A stretch of DNA of 64,000 bases from Patescibacteria group bacterium (GTDB lineage: Bacteria > Patescibacteriota > Patescibacteriia > UBA10025 > JAHIVO01): positions 1,008,048 to 1,072,047 of the forward strand of contig JBMOKY010000001.1 of NCBI GenBank assembly GCA_049325535.1, written 5' to 3'. The notes beneath the pieces are model-generated. The model did no database searches and was not told the origin of the DNA. It saw nothing but the letters and a program-made list of their open reading frames with translations. Numbering within the stretch: position 1 is the stretch's first letter; every line of letters starts with the position of its first letter. The position numbers and the translations under genes are program-made. Shown in pieces: positions 8,891-17,515 of the stretch.

Positions 8891-10495
8891 CTATAACACC
8901 TTCACCATGTATGTATCCTGGAGCGTAAAACCCAACTTCTCATAATACCCCCGCACGCCGATACCCGAAATGACGGCCAATTTTTTATAGCCATGTTCGC
9001 GAGCCAGCTCTTCGGCGCGCGCCATCAAGCGTTTGCCAAATCCGATGTGCTGCACCGCTTGCCGGCCGGAATCCACCGGCATCAGTTCCCCGTACGTGTG
9101 CAGTTCGCGAATCAGCGCGGTGTCAGTGGGAAACGCCAGTTCATTGCCGGTCATGGTAATCTTCTTCTTATCAAAAAACCGTATCACTTCCAATTTCTCA
9201 GTAATGCGATTGTCCCGATCCGGCAACCGCAAACGAGTAAAGGCATAGAGTTTCGAGCGATCATTATTTTCAAAACTGAGAAAATGTTCCGTGCCTTGGC
9301 CGGCGCGGTAGATACGGTCAACGAGTTCAGCCTCGCTCTCGGGTACGGCATCGCGTACTTCCCGACACCGAATGCATTGACAGACCACTCCCTGATCATG
9401 CATCAACTGACGCAAGTTAGTCACCAAATTGCCCGCTACAATATCATCACCCGGAATATCCCGTATCAAACGATTGATGCGGACATATGGTGGAATTAAA
9501 TCTTTCTTGATGCGAACCAACAGGTCGAGCAATTGATTACCTTCATATGGTTTATATTTGCCTTCTTTATACCACTGATAAATCTGCGCGCTTTTCACCA
9601 CCACGCAGGGATAAATCTTCAGCATGTCTGGCTGGAAACGTGGGTCAGTAAACACTTGTTTAAATACCTGATAATCACCTTCGGGTGTGGCGCCCGGCAA
9701 TCCCGGCATCAGGTGATATGTCACTTTAAATCCAAAATCCCGCAGCATAGCTGTCGCCCGAGCGATATTCTGCACATTGTCGTCGCGCTTAATGAGATCG
9801 AGCACTTGTTGGTCAAGCGTTTGCACGCCGATCTGCACATGGGTACAACCAAATTCCCGCATCCGCCACAGTTCTTCTTTGGTGACATAGTCTGGGCGGG
9901 TCTCCAAAGTTAAACCAATGATACGATGCTGGGCAGTCTCATTATGCTTCTGTGCGATGGCTAACGAGTCAGCGATAAATCCGTTGGCCCCGTCAAAGAG
10001 CCCTTTGATAAATTCCTCTTGGTATTTCTCATCATAATAAGACCACGTGCCGCCCAATACGATCAATTCAATTTTGTCGGCACTATGACCGTTGGCCTCA
10101 AATGCCTCAATACGAAGCTTCATCTGCTGGTACGGGTCAAAATGCAATTGGAGGGCGCGCTGGGCGGCCGGTTCCGAGGCGATATAGCTCTTCGGCATCC
10201 GCGCTTCAGTCGGACAATAGGCACAGCGTCCGGGGCAGGGATAGGGCTTAGTCAATACAGTCACCGGCGCAATACCCGATAACGTCCGCACGTCCCGCTT
10301 GCGCAAAACCCTCAGCAAGGTCGGATCCTGATCAGCGATCGGCACCTGACTGCGGTATTCTTTCAATATCTGGGCATTGGAATGTATGACACTGTCATGC
10401 TGAGTGGCTAAGTCGCGTTTTGCTTGGCGCAATGCCTCCTCGTCTGTTGGACGAATTTTCCGCAGGTCAGTAATGTAGGATTGTGATACACTCAT
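8891..10495 (-). CDS. elp3: Elp3 radical SAM/KAT tRNA uridine(34) acetyltransferase
   Basis: RTLSGIAPV, CPGRCAYCP, PKSY, GGTW, ETRPD, HLMPGLP, RELHTYG, QHIGFGKRLM, ISGIGVRGYY; start reassigned to MSVSQ. Confidence 0.93.
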   Translation of the reverse strand: MSVSQSYITDLRKIRPTDEEALRQAKRDLATQHDSVIHSNAQILKEYRSQVPIADQDPTLLRVLRKRDVRTLSGIAPVTVLTKPYPCPGRCAYCPTEARMPKSYIASEPAAQRALQLHFDPYQQMKLRIEAFEANGHSADKIELIVLGGTWSYYDEKYQEEFIKGLFDGANGFIADSLAIAQKHNETAQHRIIGLTLETRPDYVTKEELWRMREFGCTHVQIGVQTLDQQVLDLIKRDDNVQNIARATAMLRDFGFKVTYHLMPGLPGATPEGDYQVFKQVFTDPRFQPDMLKIYPCVVVKSAQIYQWYKEGKYKPYEGNQLLDLLVRIKKDLIPPYVRINRLIRDIPGDDIVAGNLVTNLRQLMHDQGVVCQCIRCREVRDAVPESEAELVDRIYRAGQGTEHFLSFENNDRSKLYAFTRLRLPDRDNRITEKLEVIRFFDKKKITMTGNELAFPTDTALIRELHTYGELMPVDSGRQAVQHIGFGKRLMARAEELAREHGYKKLAVISGIGVRGYYEKLGFTLQDTYMVKVL

Positions 10496-10499
10496 ATAT

Positions 10500-11219
10500 A
10501 TGAAACAAGAGACTGCACAAAGGATTGTAGAGGAAAATAAGCGGGTATACAACCGGATTGCCCGACACTTTTCTGGCACGAGGTCGCATCCGTGGGGGGA
10601 GTTTACCCTATTTGAGCCATATGTCAAAACAGGCAATCAGATACTAGACATCGGCTGTGGCAATGGTCGCCTGGCTGGCTTTTTTGAGCAAAAAAAAATC
10701 AACTATACTGGTGTGGATAACAGCGCGGCGCTGATTGATATTGCCAAGCAGGCACACCCTGCCGCTACCTTCCTGGTCAGTGAAGCGACGCAATTGCTAT
10801 TTTCCGATGGGCAATTCGATGTGGTCTGCAGCATCGCTACACTCCACCATATTCCATCACGGGAACTACGAGCAAAGGCCATCCGAGAAGCGGTCCGCGT
10901 GCTCAAACCCGGTGGTTACCTGCTGATAACAGAGTGGAACCTATGGCACCCGCAGTGGTGGAAATTGCTGGCACACTATTCATGGCGAAAATTCACCGGA
11001 CAAAGCGATCTCGATTGGGGGGATGTCGAAAAGCCATGGAAAGATGCCCGAGGAACGGTGCAGGGCATGCGATACCTCCACCCCTTTTCCCGCCGGCAGA
11101 TGGCACGCTTGTGCACCGACCAGGGCTGTACCCTCGTCTACCAAGAGTACACGACTCAAGGAGTGCCCACCCGGTGGTACCGCGGCTATAATCTGGTCAC
11201 TATCTGCCAAAAGCATTGA
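10500..11219 (+). CDS. Class I SAM methyltransferase, Trm9/ALKBH8-like
   Basis: VYNRIARHFSGTRSHPW, LDIGCGNGR, SIATLHHI, RVLKPGG, DVEKPW, RYLHPF. Confidence 0.8.
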   Translation: MKQETAQRIVEENKRVYNRIARHFSGTRSHPWGEFTLFEPYVKTGNQILDIGCGNGRLAGFFEQKKINYTGVDNSAALIDIAKQAHPAATFLVSEATQLLFSDGQFDVVCSIATLHHIPSRELRAKAIREAVRVLKPGGYLLITEWNLWHPQWWKLLAHYSWRKFTGQSDLDWGDVEKPWKDARGTVQGMRYLHPFSRRQMARLCTDQGCTLVYQEYTTQGVPTRWYRGYNLVTICQKH

Positions 11220-11274
11220 AAATCAAGGGTATCTATGATATCCTCAATACCATAATAGCTTTATCAACCACACT

Positions 11275-12438
11275 ATGCACACTATATTACGAGTCGTCTG
11301 CGGCATCGTGCTGGGAATTTTTTTAGTTCCCCTGAGTGCTCATGCGCTCGGCGTGGCTGCCGAGGAGAGCGTAACCCTGGCAGCTGACGAAATCATTGAT
11401 GATAATTATTTCGCTGCCGGTAACTCCATCACCATCGATGGCACGGTCAATGGTGACGTCTACGCCTTCGGTACGGTCATCACGATCAATGGCACCATCG
11501 GTGGCGACCTAATCAGTGGCGGGACACGTATCGAAATCAATGGCGAGGTAAAAGGCAATCTCCGGGCCGGTGCTACCACCATCCAGATCAATGCCCCAAT
11601 CGGTAAAAATGTGACGGTCGCCGGCGCGACTATCGCGCTCAATAGCGACAGTTCGGTCGGTTGGAGCTTCATCGGCGCTGGTCAGACTATAAAATTCGAT
11701 GGACCGATCGGAGGAAATGTAAATGTGGCCGGCGACTCCATCACTGTAAACGCCCCGATTGGCGGCAATACTGATGTTACGATCGGCGAACAAGGTCATG
11801 TGGCACTCGGAGAAAAAGCTCGACTGGATGGCGACCTGACCTACCGCGGAACCAAGGCAGCGCAAATCAGCGCTGACGCAGTCATACGCGGCGCAACCGT
11901 GCATCGGGAGCTCAACGCAAACATCAATTTCGATAAATCATTTTTCACCCGCGCCTGGATATTTCTCAAATTGGTCAGCCTGTTCGGCACGCTGCTGGTG
12001 GGTACCATCCTGGTCAGCGTGGCAGGTGCCTGGACAGAGGAACAAACCAAAAAAATGCTGGAAAAGCCAGGGCTTCAGTGCATGTGGGGGCTGATCATCC
12101 TGATTGTCGTGCCCATAGCCGTGGTTATTCTCATGCTGACGCTCATCGGTATACCGCTGGGGGTTGTCGTCTTGGGAATGTATTTTCTGGCACTCTATCT
12201 GGCAAAAATATTCGTCGGAATCATCATTGGTAATTACATCCTGCGCCAAAATGAAGCTAAACCTTTCCCGCTCATCTGGCGCATGATGCTCGGCACCACC
12301 GTGGTGGTACTGATCGTCAATATCCCAGTCATCGGCTGGTTATGCTCACTGGGCGTAACAATCTGGTTTTTAGGTTCACTCTGGACGAGAAGCGTCCATC
12401 ATTCATCAATAACCCCTCCCTCCCATGCCAAACATTAG
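11275..12438 (+). CDS. Signal-peptide, bactofilin-like beta-helix protein with C-terminal TM bundle
   Basis: Repeated G..I.I.G.V.GD/N units followed by about 5 TM helices. Confidence 0.75.
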   Translation: MHTILRVVCGIVLGIFLVPLSAHALGVAAEESVTLAADEIIDDNYFAAGNSITIDGTVNGDVYAFGTVITINGTIGGDLISGGTRIEINGEVKGNLRAGATTIQINAPIGKNVTVAGATIALNSDSSVGWSFIGAGQTIKFDGPIGGNVNVAGDSITVNAPIGGNTDVTIGEQGHVALGEKARLDGDLTYRGTKAAQISADAVIRGATVHRELNANINFDKSFFTRAWIFLKLVSLFGTLLVGTILVSVAGAWTEEQTKKMLEKPGLQCMWGLIILIVVPIAVVILMLTLIGIPLGVVVLGMYFLALYLAKIFVGIIIGNYILRQNEAKPFPLIWRMMLGTTVVVLIVNIPVIGWLCSLGVTIWFLGSLWTRSVHHSSITPPSHAKH

Positions 12439-13771
12439 TGCAAAAGTATTCAAAAGCTACGACGTCCGCGGCATTTATCCGACTGACCTGAATCTCGAAA
12501 CAGCATACGCTGTCGGGCAGGGATATGCCCAACTGACGGGCGCCAAAAAAGTAGTAGTAGGGCGGGACATGCGCATTGGCTCCCCGGAAATTTTTGAGCA
12601 GCTGACAAATGGCCTCCGCAGTCAGGGGGTGGTCGTGGAAAATATCGGCCTCGTACCCATTGACGCCGTATACTTTGCCGTCGGAACATTTGGCTATGAC
12701 GGGGGGTTGATGATTACCGCATCGCACAATCCCAAGGAATACAATGGCATCAAAATGGTGGTCAAACACGACCAGGGATTGGAGTGGATCCGTGGCAAGG
12801 AACTGTATGATTTCATCCGGGACAAAAAATTTACAGAGACATCAGCCGCCCCAATGACTGAACGCGACATCATGTCCGAGTATATCAAACACGTTTTATC
12901 ATTTGTCGATGTTAATAAAATTAAACCTTTCAAAATCGTGGTTGACGCCGGTAATGGTATGGCGGGCAAAATAATGCCTTTGTTGTTTGCTCACCTCCCC
13001 GGTACGTTGATTCCCATGAATTTCGAATTGGACGGCAATTTCCCAGCCCACCCATCAAATCCACTGCTCCCCGAATCACAGGCGGGTATCACCCAAGCGG
13101 TAGTAGCGCACCAAGCTGATTTTGGCGTCATCCTCGACGGGGATACGGATCGACTTTTTTTCATCACGGAGAAAGGCGAATTTATTCGCGCTGACGCCAC
13201 ACTACTGGTGCTGGCAAAGTATTTTCTCGAGCACGAACCGGGTGCGGGTATTGCCTACAATGTTATCTGCAGCAAAGCGGTACCGGAACGAATCACCGAA
13301 TGGGGTGGGCGGCCATTGCGCAGTAAGGTGGGCTTTGTCAATCTCGCACGGACTATGCGAGAAAACGGCGGTATCATGAGTGGGGAGCTGTCCGCACACT
13401 ACGCATTTCGAAAAAACTTCTACGCCGATTCCGGTTTTATTGCCTTTGTTATTCTATTGATGCTCATCTCCGAGCACAATAAAAAACTGTCGGAAATCGT
13501 CGAGGGGCTCATACCCTACGCCAAAGGTGACGAAATCAACCTGGAGGTACAGAATATTCCGGATATCATCAGTAAGGTAAAAAAACAATACCAAGACGGA
13601 ACCCAGGATGAACTCGATGGCCTGACAGTCCAATATGACACGTGGTGGTTTAATGTACGGCCGTCAAACACCGAGCCATTGCTCCGAGTAACGGTTGAAG
13701 CGGATACCCCGGCGTTACTCCAGGAAAAACAGGAAGAGGTCACCAGCTGTATTCGCTCAATCACCTCATGA
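12425..13771 (+). CDS. Phosphomannomutase/phosphoglucomutase
   Basis: YDVRG, TASHNP, DGDTDR, GELSAH, RPSNTEP. Confidence 0.93.
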   Translation: MPNISAKVFKSYDVRGIYPTDLNLETAYAVGQGYAQLTGAKKVVVGRDMRIGSPEIFEQLTNGLRSQGVVVENIGLVPIDAVYFAVGTFGYDGGLMITASHNPKEYNGIKMVVKHDQGLEWIRGKELYDFIRDKKFTETSAAPMTERDIMSEYIKHVLSFVDVNKIKPFKIVVDAGNGMAGKIMPLLFAHLPGTLIPMNFELDGNFPAHPSNPLLPESQAGITQAVVAHQADFGVILDGDTDRLFFITEKGEFIRADATLLVLAKYFLEHEPGAGIAYNVICSKAVPERITEWGGRPLRSKVGFVNLARTMRENGGIMSGELSAHYAFRKNFYADSGFIAFVILLMLISEHNKKLSEIVEGLIPYAKGDEINLEVQNIPDIISKVKKQYQDGTQDELDGLTVQYDTWWFNVRPSNTEPLLRVTVEADTPALLQEKQEEVTSCIRSITS

Positions 13772-14430
13772 TCCGCGGCATTATTTTTGACATGGATGGG
13801 GTGGTTATAGATTCCGAACACCTCTGGGTAGAAGCGATACGGCAACAAATGGCCAAACGGAGCCTCGTTATCCCCCGCACTGCCGCCTACCAGCGCTATG
13901 TCAATCTCCATTTTCGCGGACGCAACCAGCGGCACGCGATATTGATGTGGAAACGATATTTCCATCTGGCAGAGCCGGCTAATGAGCTTATCCGGGAACG
14001 GGTCACGCTGCTGCTCAATATCTTCAAACAAAAATTACGCCCTATCCCGGGTATCCGTGGGCTACTCAATAAAACGCATCCCCGCTACCCGCTGGCATTG
14101 GCCTCGTCTTCCCCTCGTTCGGTAATCAGGTATGCACTGCGACGCGTCAACCTCCGGTCTTATTTTCAGTCGGTAATTTCTGGGGACGATTTCCACCACA
14201 GCAAACCAAATCCCGAAATTTTTCTCACCGCTGCCCGGCAGCTGCGCCTCCCGGCGCGCGACTGTCTGGTGATCGAGGATTCACTGAGCGGCGTACTGGC
14301 CGCCCACCGGGCCCGCATGCGCTGCATCGGCCTGAAACAGCCATACAATACCCGCCGGGATTTACAGACCGCGGACATTGTGGTACAACGATTATCTCAG
14401 ATAACGTTACCCCTGATACGTTCTCTATGA
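13768..14430 (+). CDS. HAD-family phosphatase
   Basis: FDMDGV, ASSS, KPNPEIF, IEDS. Confidence 0.9.
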   Translation: MIRGIIFDMDGVVIDSEHLWVEAIRQQMAKRSLVIPRTAAYQRYVNLHFRGRNQRHAILMWKRYFHLAEPANELIRERVTLLLNIFKQKLRPIPGIRGLLNKTHPRYPLALASSSPRSVIRYALRRVNLRSYFQSVISGDDFHHSKPNPEIFLTAARQLRLPARDCLVIEDSLSGVLAAHRARMRCIGLKQPYNTRRDLQTADIVVQRLSQITLPLIRSL

Positions 14431-15218
14431 TCGGCATTTTTGATTCCGGCATCGGCGGTCTGACCGTCATCAAAGAATTACGCAAACAATTACCCGACTA
14501 CCAGCTGGTGTATTTTGGTGACACGGCCCGCACCCCATATGGAAACAAAAGCACCGACACCGTGATCCAATACGCCAAGGAAAATACTGAATTCTTGATT
14601 TCCCAAGGTGCTCAAATCATTGTCATTGCCTGCAATACCGCCTCTGCCGTAGCCACTGATGCTTTACGCGCCACCTATCCCCAGATACCCTTTTTTGAAG
14701 TGATCACCCCGGCTGCTGAAGCTGCGGCCAACCACTCCAAATCCGGCCGCATCGGCGTCATCGGCACCCGCACCACCATCAATAGCGACATCTACCAGAA
14801 AACGATCCAGAGCCACCGGCCAAAAATGTCCGTCACCAGCAAAGCCTGCCCCCTTTTCGTCCCACTCGCTGAGGAGGGATGGATCAATGATCAGATTACG
14901 AAGATTACCGCCCGACGCTATCTGGCCACCCTCAAACGTCATCAAATCGACACGCTCATCTTGGGCTGTACCCACTACCCCATCTTACGTAACGTCATCC
15001 AGCAAAAAATCGGCAAGCGCGTATTCTTGATTGACCCCGCTGTTCCGACCGTCGCCGCACTGCACCAATACCTTGCCGCTCACCCCGAGCTGGAGCAATC
15101 ATTGCCAAAAAATTCGAACCACCAATACTTCTTCAGCGATATCCCACCGCACATGACTGAGCTCACCCAGCGGTGGCTCGGGGAGTCGGTCAAACCACTG
15201 CTGCACCACATAAGCTGA
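14427..15218 (+). CDS. murI: Glutamate racemase
   Basis: FDSGIGGLTV, PYGNK, ACNTAS, LGCTHYP. Confidence 0.95.
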   Translation: MIGIFDSGIGGLTVIKELRKQLPDYQLVYFGDTARTPYGNKSTDTVIQYAKENTEFLISQGAQIIVIACNTASAVATDALRATYPQIPFFEVITPAAEAAANHSKSGRIGVIGTRTTINSDIYQKTIQSHRPKMSVTSKACPLFVPLAEEGWINDQITKITARRYLATLKRHQIDTLILGCTHYPILRNVIQQKIGKRVFLIDPAVPTVAALHQYLAAHPELEQSLPKNSNHQYFFSDIPPHMTELTQRWLGESVKPLLHHIS

Positions 15219-15282
15219 CCATAAAAAAAGAGACCCCACCAAAAGGTACGGCGGGGTCCGGACGGTCGATACGTTTGCGCCA

Positions 15283-15636
15283 TCAATGCGCGATACCCAG
15301 CCGGCCGCAGAGCTCATCGGCAAAGGCGATGACCTGCGCATCTTTGATGCGCTTATGCCTGAACGTGTGCATCAGATCCCGCCAAAATCCCGGCTTGGTC
15401 AGGTCACACGTGCTCAAAAAAACCTCATGCGGATACAGGTACTCGCCAAATCCCGCTGGCTCAGGAAAGCATTCCGGATAGGGACTGTCGGATGCAGTAC
15501 TGTGCTGGTCGGCCAGCGTACGCAGCTCGTCGCAGAAACGGATCCCATAGCGATGGGGAAGCCGTCGTACGCGACGATACATCACCACGCATACTCGCTG
15601 AAAGAACGAATAGTCAACCGTGACTTCAAAAAACAT
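15283..15636 (-). CDS. Hypothetical protein
   Basis: AAGGAGG RBS before MFFEV; no family recognised. Confidence 0.55.
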   Translation of the reverse strand: MFFEVTVDYSFFQRVCVVMYRRVRRLPHRYGIRFCDELRTLADQHSTASDSPYPECFPEPAGFGEYLYPHEVFLSTCDLTKPGFWRDLMHTFRHKRIKDAQVIAFADELCGRLGIAH

Positions 15637-15754
15637 GACACTACCTCCTTGGGAATGTTTGTGTAACTTTTTTTGTAATACTACCATAGCACAATTCCCC
15701 GGCCAGGCAAGTGCTCCGGCGAGAAATTGCTAATCTTGGTACAATCTTCGAAGT

Positions 15755-16798
15755 CTAGACCTTTTCCTGAGCAGCCTCTGCCGCCTCAGCAGCCGCGGCG
15801 GCTTCCATCACCTTTTTCCGAAGTTCCTCGATGAGCTTCGGATTCTGACGCAGGAATAAGCGGGCATTCTCTCGGCCGACACCAAGTTTGGTCTCACCAT
15901 ACGCGACGGTGTTCCCGCTTTTTTGGAGTACGTTGTATTTGATACCCGTATCGAGTAAATCCCCGGCTATGGAGATGCCTTCGTTGTACATGATGTCGAA
16001 TTCCGTCGTACGAAAAGGTGGTGCTACTTTGTTCTTCACAATCTTCACTTTGACGCGATTGCCAATAGATTCTTCCCCTTTTTTGATCTGGGCCGCCCGG
16101 CGCACCTCGACACGAACTGAGGCATAAAACTTCAGTGCCATACCGCCGGTGGTGGTTTCTGGATTCCCGAAGAAGACCCCGATCTTCATACGGGTTTGGT
16201 TGATGAAAATGACCACCGTCTTAGTCTTGCTGACAATACCCGCTAATTTTCGCAGTGCCTGGCTCATCAATCGCGCCTGAAGACCCATATGCGAATCTCC
16301 CATTTCGCCTTCAATTTCTGCCTTCGGTACGAGCGCGGCAACTGAATCAACGACTACCACATCCACGCCGTTTGACCGGACCAGCGTCTCGGTGATTTCT
16401 AGTGCCTGTTCACCCGTATCCGGCTGAGAAATAAATAGTTCATCGACATTCACACCGATCTTGCGGGCGTACTGCGGATCCAGGGCATGCTCGGCATCCA
16501 CGAACGCGGCGGTGCCACCCATGCGCTGAACCGATGCCACGATATGCTGCGCCAAGGTCGTTTTGCCGGATGCTTCCGGTCCATAGATTTCGATGATACG
16601 GCCACGGGGCACCCCCCCGACACCCAGTGCAATATCGAGCGAGGCGCATCCGGTGGGAACCGCATCGATGTCGATTTTACGGGCTTCACCGAGCTTCATG
16701 ATTGATCCTTCACCAAATCGTTCTTTGATCTGATTGATGGCTTCGAGCGCGGCGCGGGCACGCTGGGAGGTCTCGTGTTGGTCGCTTTTGGGGGACAT
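15755..16798 (-). CDS. recA: Recombinase A
   Basis: [32 protein letters not shown]. Confidence 0.98.
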   Translation of the reverse strand: MSPKSDQHETSQRARAALEAINQIKERFGEGSIMKLGEARKIDIDAVPTGCASLDIALGVGGVPRGRIIEIYGPEASGKTTLAQHIVASVQRMGGTAAFVDAEHALDPQYARKIGVNVDELFISQPDTGEQALEITETLVRSNGVDVVVVDSVAALVPKAEIEGEMGDSHMGLQARLMSQALRKLAGIVSKTKTVVIFINQTRMKIGVFFGNPETTTGGMALKFYASVRVEVRRAAQIKKGEESIGNRVKVKIVKNKVAPPFRTTEFDIMYNEGISIAGDLLDTGIKYNVLQKSGNTVAYGETKLGVGRENARLFLRQNPKLIEELRKKVMEAAAAAEAAEAAQEKV

Positions 16799-16831
16799 AT
16801 GTATAGCCGTTAATAATGTGTTATGAGTATA

Positions 16832-17515
16832 CTATTGTTCCGGTTCCAGTTCAAGCAAAACCGTACGAACTACCTCGACCGGTTTGCTACGCTTTTTTTT
16901 GGAACTGACAGAAATGACATTGATGCCTTCCGTGAGTGTTACCGTCTCACTAAACGTTCCTGTCGAGTCGAGAAATACCTCCCGGCCATTTATGGTGACG
17001 ACGGTTTCCGGCTGAGTAGTTCCGGAAACGACAATGGTCGGCTCGCTGACCGTGCTATTATTACTCGGATTTGTCACTACCAGCGGGGGTGGTGAAAAAA
17101 CATTCACCACCGTAATGCCGAGGTACGCGAGCGCCCCACACACGACAGCGCCTATCAGCAGCCGACGAATTAAACGCGGACTGATGATTTCCCGGGGCAG
17201 TTCCTGTGGCTTCGGAACAAAACGGCTGCGCTCTGTTGCCGCCAGGACTCGCTGCTCACGTTGACGATACAAATCCAACACATATGCCGGATCGACTTTG
17301 AGGAATTCGGCATATCGTTTCAAATAATTTTCGATGTAGACACTCCCGGGCATCGCCGCGTAGTTACCCTGTTCCACGGCTTCGAGATATGCTGCTCGGA
17401 TTCCGGTACCCTGCGCTACATCGGAAATCGTCAAACCCGCCTCCTCACGAATTTTGCGCAGGCGCTCACCAAGCGTTTTGGTTCGTTCGATCGCCCGTCG
17501 TTGAAATAGGGTCAT
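16832..17515 (-). CDS. RodZ-like HTH - TM - Ig-like protein
   Basis: LGERLRKIRE...YLEAVEQG...YLKRYAEFL, single TM, beta-rich C-terminus; follows ftsK. Confidence 0.75.
   Translation of the reverse strand: MTLFQRRAIERTKTLGERLRKIREEAGLTISDVAQGTGIRAAYLEAVEQGNYAAMPGSVYIENYLKRYAEFLKVDPAYVLDLYRQREQRVLAATERSRFVPKPQELPREIISPRLIRRLLIGAVVCGALAYLGITVVNVFSPPPLVVTNPSNNSTVSEPTIVVSGTTQPETVVTINGREVFLDSTGTFSETVTLTEGINVISVSSKKKRSKPVEVVRTVLLELEPEQ

Noticed and set aside
10496-10636. ORF-track N-terminal extension of Elp3
   Set aside because: Overlaps the well-supported MTase on the opposite strand; ATG at 10495 is more plausible
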